From NCBI GenBank assembly GCA_963828195.1, contig CAWHDT010000005.1, positions 864,001-928,000 of the forward strand: a DNA stretch of 64,000 nt. Direction: 5' to 3'. This document shows, one piece after another, positions 58,263-64,000 of the stretch. How positions within the stretch are numbered: position 1 is the first letter of the stretch; each line of letters begins with the position of its first letter. The notes beneath the pieces were generated by a model. It worked only from the letters and a program-made list of their open reading frames with translations, did not search any database and had not been told where the DNA came from. The stretch is from Candidatus Bathyarchaeota archaeon (GTDB lineage Archaea > Thermoproteota > Bathyarchaeia > Bathyarchaeales > Bathycorpusculaceae). The translations under genes were made by a program, and so were the position numbers.

Positions 58263-58636
58263 AGGGCAGATTAATCTACAAAGGCACTGCAGAGGGCGAA
58301 GCACTCGTAACAACCCAGCCTATATCCTTCTACGGGGGCGTAGACCCGAACACGGGCATCGTGCTGGAAAAGGGGCATGAACTGCAGGGACAAAGTGTGA
58401 AAGGCAAAATCTTGGTGTTCCCAACTGGCAAAGGCTCAACCGTCGGCTCTTACACGCTGTACCGCATGAAGAAAAACGGCGCCGCACCCGCTGGCATGAT
58501 TAACAGGGAATGCGAAACCGTTGTCGCTGTGGGCGCCATAATCAGCGAGATCCCGTGCGTTGACAAAATTGACATCTCAAAAATCAAAACAGGTGACAAA
58601 GTCCAATTAGAAAATGGTACTGTTCGGGTGTTATAG
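58250..58636 (+). CDS. Aconitase X swivel subunit (DUF126), probable phosphomevalonate dehydratase small subunit
   Basis: ISFYGGVDP.TG, GKGSTVGS. Confidence 0.9.
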   Translation: MEQLKGRLIYKGTAEGEALVTTQPISFYGGVDPNTGIVLEKGHELQGQSVKGKILVFPTGKGSTVGSYTLYRMKKNGAAPAGMINRECETVVAVGAIISEIPCVDKIDISKIKTGDKVQLENGTVRVL

Positions 58637-58698
58637 ATTCTTGGTCGCTTAATTGTTATATTAAGCTTTTAAATAGAAATAGGATATAGTTGAAATCA

Positions 58699-58995
58699 AT
58701 GAAAACGCTTGACGAAATAAAAGCCGAGATAGAAACTTTGAAGCCGACACTGAAGAAGCGCTTTAAAGTGGAAACCATAGATATTTTTGGTTCATACGCT
58801 AGAAAACAAGCCGACGAAAAAAGTGACATTGACCTATTAATAACATATTCAACTATTGATTATGATTACTTTACAATTCTGGGGTTAAGAAATTATTTAA
58901 GACGAAAACTGCACATGAAAGTTGATGTTGTTTCCAAAGAATTCCTAAACAAGCACATAAGGGACGAGGTACTCAAGGAAGCCATTCCAGTATGA
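58699..58995 (+). CDS. MNT nucleotidyltransferase antitoxin
   Basis: FGSYAR..SDIDLL, KVDVVS. Confidence 0.9.
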   Translation: MKTLDEIKAEIETLKPTLKKRFKVETIDIFGSYARKQADEKSDIDLLITYSTIDYDYFTILGLRNYLRRKLHMKVDVVSKEFLNKHIRDEVLKEAIPV

Positions 58996-59357
58996 AAAGA
59001 GACCACACAGAAAGAAGCCCTCGCCTTTACTTGACTGAAATTGTCAACGGCATCGAAAAAATAGAAACGTATACTAAAGGTTTGACCCGTGAAGCATTTC
59101 TGAAAGACCGACTGAGAATAGATGCAGTGGATGCAAACATTCGAAACATCGGGGAAGCCACCAGAGTTTTGGCGAAGCACCCCGCCATCAAATCAAAATT
59201 CTACTATTATCGCATACCTTACAAAATGTTAAGTGAATTAAGAACAGAGCTTGGACACGAATACTTCAGTTCAGACCCCAACGCCATGTGGAATATGGCA
59301 ACGAATATCTCGCCTAACCTGAAACCTCAATTTAAAAAAATCTTAGAAGAAATATAA
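58992..59357 (+). CDS. HEPN (DUF86, HepT-like) toxin
   Basis: IGEA, RTELGHEY (Rx4H); ATGA overlap with MNT. Confidence 0.85.
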   Translation: MKRDHTERSPRLYLTEIVNGIEKIETYTKGLTREAFLKDRLRIDAVDANIRNIGEATRVLAKHPAIKSKFYYYRIPYKMLSELRTELGHEYFSSDPNAMWNMATNISPNLKPQFKKILEEI

Positions 59358-59514
59358 TTCAATAATACCGACAAATCACGAAATAATTAAGCACTATAAA
59401 CAAGCGTAAAGGTTACTGTAGAAAAAGGGTAAAATTTATTTGAGTAAGGCTAAAAAAAAGTTGGATAATGAATTACCAACTAAAGTGTGAAAACACTTTT
59501 TGTTGATTAAATGG

Positions 59515-60207
59515 CTATGCTTTTGTCTGGTTAGATGCATCTGCGACACGCGTATGTGTAGCAAGATAGGCGGAAACGATGCCTATCCAGAGAAGGACGG
59601 AGACGAGAAACAACCGTTCAGTTAGCCCGCCTATACGAGCATTCAGGTGTGGGAAAACGAAAGGCAATCCGAATTCAATTACCCAGAAAATTATGACGAT
59701 TACCGATAGTAGGAGGGCGATGCGCTTTAAACCCTCAAGCCCTCGACTTTGCTTCATTTTCAGCGAGATTGCCCATGTTCCAAAGGCTCCACCGATGAAA
59801 GCTATGATGGCAACGACAAGGTGGATTGCTCCATGCCACGATACAAGGGTAGCGGGCACGTCAGTTGGGAACACGGCAAGGAGTAATGCTCCAACCGCCC
59901 ATACACCCAGCAAAGACAAGCCCGTCCGAAAAGGCGATTTTGCGATTCCCTTTACCGCTAAGGCTTGAAGGAAACCAAAAATAAACAAAAGCGAAAGGAC
60001 TCCTCGATTGAGGAAGTTTACTGTCATGATAAGCCCGAACTTGCCTACAGCGAGGTCGCTTTCCGCTTGGCTTATTGGGTTATAATGTGGCGGCAGAATC
60101 TGAGCGATTATGTCGAGCACCACGTAGAGAATGATGCCTAAAATGACGCCCCAAAAAAGCTTAGAAGGATCTGTTTTCTTGAATTTATCCAATGCTGGAA
60201 CCATCAA
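59515..60207 (-). CDS. DUF998-like membrane protein
   Basis: YNPISQAESDL, FPTD, H, GGLTERL. Confidence 0.7.
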   Translation of the reverse strand: MMVPALDKFKKTDPSKLFWGVILGIILYVVLDIIAQILPPHYNPISQAESDLAVGKFGLIMTVNFLNRGVLSLLFIFGFLQALAVKGIAKSPFRTGLSLLGVWAVGALLLAVFPTDVPATLVSWHGAIHLVVAIIAFIGGAFGTWAISLKMKQSRGLEGLKRIALLLSVIVIIFWVIEFGLPFVFPHLNARIGGLTERLFLVSVLLWIGIVSAYLATHTRVADASNQTKA

Positions 60208-60461
60208 CCAGTAACGTGCTCATGTTTATTGCTTTTTTGGAACTCTTTGACGTCTGGCTTATAAGGGAATTAAATTTTCAAAAACATTTACCCCGAACTG
60301 GCATGACGGCGGCATAACTCAATCTGTGTTGAAGCCATAACCTGCAAGTGCGGCGGCTAGACAAAGTGGCTGTCCTTTATGCCGCAAAAATAATAAAGAT
60401 TAAGGCTTAATCTTTAATTGAAATAAACAAATTCTAAATACTTTTGTTACACTTAGAAACC

Positions 60462-61025
60462 ATGGCAGCCAGAGTTATGCAACCACAAGAAAAACCAACA
60501 GGCAAAAGCAAAAACAGTGAACATAATAGATATTGCTGTTCCAATCCTAATTGTAAGAAAGTCTTCTCAAAGCCTAAAATAATCAAGTATTACGTGTGCC
60601 CCTCTTGTCAAACAGTAATCGACATGCCTTTCGAGGATTCTCCGTTAATTGCCCGAGAAAAACCTGTTCTCGAAAAAAAAATTGTAGCGCCTGAAAACCA
60701 AAAAGAAAGCAATCAAGACGAAAAACTACAATTGATGAAATCCTTAAGGATGCAAGTTTCAGAATTGATCCTTGAGCTGGAAGCAATAATGGACCAACCG
60801 TCAACGGGCCAACTGACAACAGACCAACAGTCAACAACTGATAATGAATTGGCATTGATGGAAAAACCTGAAGAAAAAGAGATTGTGGAAGAAGAGGAAC
60901 AGTTAACAAGCCAACAGGCAACGGCTGATGATGAATTGACATTGCGGAAAAATCCTGAAGCTTGGATTAGAATAGTGGAAGATTTAGCCAAAAAGAAGGT
61001 TGCAGTAGTCTTGAGATTCGAATAG
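60462..61025 (+). CDS. Zinc-ribbon protein with acidic repeated tail
   Basis: CSNPNCKKVFSKP..YVCPSC; QLTTDQQSTTDNEL / QLTSQQATADDEL. Confidence 0.6.
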   Translation: MAARVMQPQEKPTGKSKNSEHNRYCCSNPNCKKVFSKPKIIKYYVCPSCQTVIDMPFEDSPLIAREKPVLEKKIVAPENQKESNQDEKLQLMKSLRMQVSELILELEAIMDQPSTGQLTTDQQSTTDNELALMEKPEEKEIVEEEEQLTSQQATADDELTLRKNPEAWIRIVEDLAKKKVAVVLRFE

Positions 61026-61192
61026 CTCGGAAGATGGATGCGGCTTACAAGTTTTTGAGTTCTCTGCTGCAAAACTTTCCAGGTTTTTTGAAGCCAATAG
61101 ATTCTTTTGTCTTCTAAGACACAGCTTTTGTGTTGTTCTCGGTAATGCTTTTCAAGGAGAGCCAAAATATCATATGTAAAGGTGCAAAGAAA

Positions 61193-61996
61193 TTGAACGA
61201 GGCGAAACCAGTAATTCTAAAAATCGGCGGCTCAGCCATCACCGATAAAACAGGGGAATTAGCCGCGAAAACAGAGATCATAAACCGTTTAGCGGAGGAA
61301 ATCAAGCGAGCTGATCTTGACAACTTGATTATTGTGCACGGCGGCGGAAGCTTTGGTCACCCGACTGCGGCGAAGTACGGCATAAAAGACGGGTACAAGG
61401 AAGACCCAACGCAAAAACTCGGTTTCGCCGAAACCCATCACGTCATGACCGTGCTCAACGGGTTAGTTATGGATGCGCTTATTTGGCATGAAATTCCAGC
61501 CATAAGCATCGCGCCCTCGTCTTGCATGATAACAGAGAATGGCAAGATTAAATTTTTTGACGAAACCGTACTTAAATCAATGGAAAAAATGTTGTTTAAG
61601 CCTGTTCTTTACGGCGACGCTGTTTTAGACGATAAACTGGGCTTCACCATTCTCTCAGGCGACCAGCTGGTTGCTTACTTAGCCATCAAGTATAAAGCTT
61701 CAAAAATCGTGGTCGGCGTCGATACAGACGGCTTGTTTGACTGCGACCCGAAAACTAACCCCAACGCTAAACCATACAAACACTTAACGTTGGCGGAACT
61801 TAAGCAGATTCAGCCAAAGCTTGGGAAAGCCCAGGGCACAGATGTCACAGGCGGCATGGCGGGCAAAATAGCTGAACTTATCCCAGCCATCGAGCAAGGA
61901 GTCCGCGTTACCATTACAGGCGCTACAAAAGGCTTATCCATTTACCGCGCATTAACGGACCAAAGCGTTATGGGCACCGAAATCGAGAAGGCGTAA
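61193..61996 (+). CDS. ipk: Isopentenyl phosphate kinase
   Basis: LKIGGSAITDK, HGGGSFGH, PVLYGD, SGD, DVTGGM. Confidence 0.92.
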   Translation: MNEAKPVILKIGGSAITDKTGELAAKTEIINRLAEEIKRADLDNLIIVHGGGSFGHPTAAKYGIKDGYKEDPTQKLGFAETHHVMTVLNGLVMDALIWHEIPAISIAPSSCMITENGKIKFFDETVLKSMEKMLFKPVLYGDAVLDDKLGFTILSGDQLVAYLAIKYKASKIVVGVDTDGLFDCDPKTNPNAKPYKHLTLAELKQIQPKLGKAQGTDVTGGMAGKIAELIPAIEQGVRVTITGATKGLSIYRALTDQSVMGTEIEKA

Positions 61997-61997
61997 C

Positions 61998-63098
61998 ATG
62001 GCTCAAGAAACAGGTAAACGCAAAGCCGACCACATAAAAATCTGCTTAGAAAAAAAGTCACAATCAAAAAACGGCTCCTCAGGCTTAGGAGACATCCAGC
62101 TGGTTCACCGCGCCCTACCTGAAGTAGATAGACAAAAAATCGGCTTATCCACATCTTTCTTTGGCAAAAAATTTTCAGCCCCGCTGATTGTTGGCGCAAT
62201 GACGGGCGGAACAGAAGAAGCAACAAAAATTAATGCTTCAATCGCCGAAGCCGTTGAAAAGCTTGGGTTAGGCATGGGTGTGGGAAGCCAAAGAGCAGCC
62301 ATCGAAAACGCAAAACTTGAAAAAACCTATTCAGTTGTGCGTAAAAAAGCGCCAAATGCCTTTTTAATCGCAAACATTGGTGCAGTGCAGCTTGTATATG
62401 GATATGGCTTAAAAGAAGTCAAAGCAGCCGTGGAAATGATAGATGCTGACGCGTTGGCTATTCATTTAAATCCGGTGCAGGAAGCGCTTCAGCCTGAAGG
62501 ACAAACCAATTTCAAAGGTGTTTTAGCGCGAATCGGTGAAATCGCAGGTGAACTTGACAAACCCGTTATTGTTAAAGAGACGGGCTGCGGTTTTTCAGCG
62601 GAGGATGCGAAAGCTCTTGAGGCGGCTGGCGTGAAAGCCCTCGATGTTGGCGGTTTCGGGGGAACAAGTTTTGCAGCTGTTGAATATTCCCGTTCAGTGA
62701 GCCCGAGTAATGCAGGGGAAGTTTTCTGCGATTGGGGCATACCTACAGCCGTAAGCCTTATTGAAGCAACCCAGAGTGTGAAGATTCCCGTTGTTGCTTC
62801 AGGCGGGGTTAGAAGCGGCTTAGACATTGCTAAGTCTTTAGCTTTGAATGCAAGTTTAGCCAGTGTTTCTCAGCCGGTGCTTGAAGCCGCTGTCAAAGGG
62901 GCAAAGGAGACTCAGCAGTTGCTTTCAGGTTTCATTGACCAATTGCGCACTACAATGTTTCTTGTGGGCGCTGAGAACCTTGAATCCCTAGCGAAGGCGC
63001 CTTTGGTGATTGCTGGCAAAACTGCAGAATGGCTCAACATCCGAGGCTTTGACACTGTGAACTATTCGCAGAGGAGCAAGGTAACAGTTGAATATTGA
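61998..63098 (+). CDS. fni: Type 2 isopentenyl-diphosphate delta-isomerase
   Basis: RKADHI, AMTGG, GSQRAA, HLNPVQE, VKETG, GGTSF. Confidence 0.95.
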   Translation: MAQETGKRKADHIKICLEKKSQSKNGSSGLGDIQLVHRALPEVDRQKIGLSTSFFGKKFSAPLIVGAMTGGTEEATKINASIAEAVEKLGLGMGVGSQRAAIENAKLEKTYSVVRKKAPNAFLIANIGAVQLVYGYGLKEVKAAVEMIDADALAIHLNPVQEALQPEGQTNFKGVLARIGEIAGELDKPVIVKETGCGFSAEDAKALEAAGVKALDVGGFGGTSFAAVEYSRSVSPSNAGEVFCDWGIPTAVSLIEATQSVKIPVVASGGVRSGLDIAKSLALNASLASVSQPVLEAAVKGAKETQQLLSGFIDQLRTTMFLVGAENLESLAKAPLVIAGKTAEWLNIRGFDTVNYSQRSKVTVEY

Positions 63099-64000
63099 AA
63101 AGTTTCTTGAAGAAAAAGCCCCATTGATCGACAAAACAATAGAAAAATACATTCCAAGATGCTTCACCAAAGACGCCGTGCTCTTCAAAGTTAACCCGCC
63201 CATGTACAGCTACAATTTAGAGCCATTAAACAGGGCAATTGCTGAACCCATCTGGGACATGCTTGACCGAGGCGGAAAAAGGTGGCGCCCAGCGCTTTTC
63301 CTGCTCATATGCGATGCATTGGGCAAAAAACCGGATTGCTGCTTGGACTTCTCAATTATACCCGAAGTCATACACAACGGAACACTAGTTATCGACGACA
63401 TTGAAGACTCCTCGGAAATGCGACGGGGCAAACCGTGCACACACAAAATCTTCCAAATGGACATCGCCGTCAACGCTGGAAACGCCATGTATTATCTGCC
63501 TCTTCTCCCGTTAATGGCGCAAAAAACACAGCTTACCGCCGAAATTGAACGTGACGTTTACGAAGTTTACGTGCAGGAGATGATTAACCTCAGCATGGGG
63601 CAAGCCATGGATATTGCATGGCACAAGGGCATCGCAAACGCCGACAAGCTAGGCGAAGAAGATTACTTGCAGATGTGCGCTTACAAAACAGGCACTCTTG
63701 CCCGTATGTCAGCGAAAATAGCGGCTGTAATAGCAGGCGCCGACAAGCCGCTGGTGGAAAAACTCGGGCGTTTCGCTGAAAGCATAGGCGTTGCCTTCCA
63801 AATGCAGGATGACATTTTGGATGTAACAGGCGTTGAATTCGCCAAGAAGAAAGGCGGCGTCGGGCAGGACATTACTGAGGGAAAAAGAAGTTTACTGGTT
63901 ATTTATACGCTAAAAAAAGCCGATGGCGCTGACAGAGGACGGCTTCTTGAAATTCTTAATATGCATACTTCCGACCAAGCTCTACGTGACGAGGCAATCG
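63088..64000 (+). CDS. Polyprenyl (GGPP) synthase, runs off window end; not in ORF track
   Basis: TTG start; GGKRWRP, IDDIED..RRG (first Asp-rich motif), KTG, FQMQDDILD (second motif). Confidence 0.92.
   Translation, partial: MNIEKFLEEKAPLIDKTIEKYIPRCFTKDAVLFKVNPPMYSYNLEPLNRAIAEPIWDMLDRGGKRWRPALFLLICDALGKKPDCCLDFSIIPEVIHNGTLVIDDIEDSSEMRRGKPCTHKIFQMDIAVNAGNAMYYLPLLPLMAQKTQLTAEIERDVYEVYVQEMINLSMGQAMDIAWHKGIANADKLGEEDYLQMCAYKTGTLARMSAKIAAVIAGADKPLVEKLGRFAESIGVAFQMQDDILDVTGVEFAKKKGGVGQDITEGKRSLLVIYTLKKADGADRGRLLEILNMHTSDQALRDEAI

Noticed and set aside
1701-63872. Many short antisense/overlapping ORFs in the track
   Set aside because: Shadows of well-supported genes on the opposite strand or in another frame

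Overview
Archaeal chromosomal window, most likely Bathyarchaeia (inferred from gene content and gene style, not from a database search). The core backbone comprises thermosome, TrxB, ThiL, TrmY, PRTase-Cgi121, THUMP, ABCE1, topoisomerase VI B/A, aIF5B, eno-uS2-MEMO1 and an Aeropyrum-type modified mevalonate/isoprenoid cluster (mvk, UbiD-type decarboxylase, two aconitase X subunits, IPK, Fni, partial GGPP synthase). It is broken by many small accessory islets: an AbrB-PIN-AbrB module, a XamI-like RM pair flanked by a duplicated gene 3' end, a vapBC pair flanked by a tRNA-Thr repeat, a second vapBC, a NucS-AbiEi/AbiEii/HNH islet, MNT-HEPN, and arrays of surface proteins. A fluoride riboswitch-crcB operon is present. 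The best candidates for undescribed systems are: (1) a three-Cys HTH regulator followed by unrelated membrane-anchored proteins that share a repeated 74-bp junction and an 'R(D/N)WCPxPP' leader; (2) a wHTH-pilin-coiled coil-(roadblock+2x double-psi-barrel-like)-roadblock cluster; (3) a dispersed 234-bp double-hairpin repeat next to accessory islets. All family calls come from motif recognition by eye; no searches were run.
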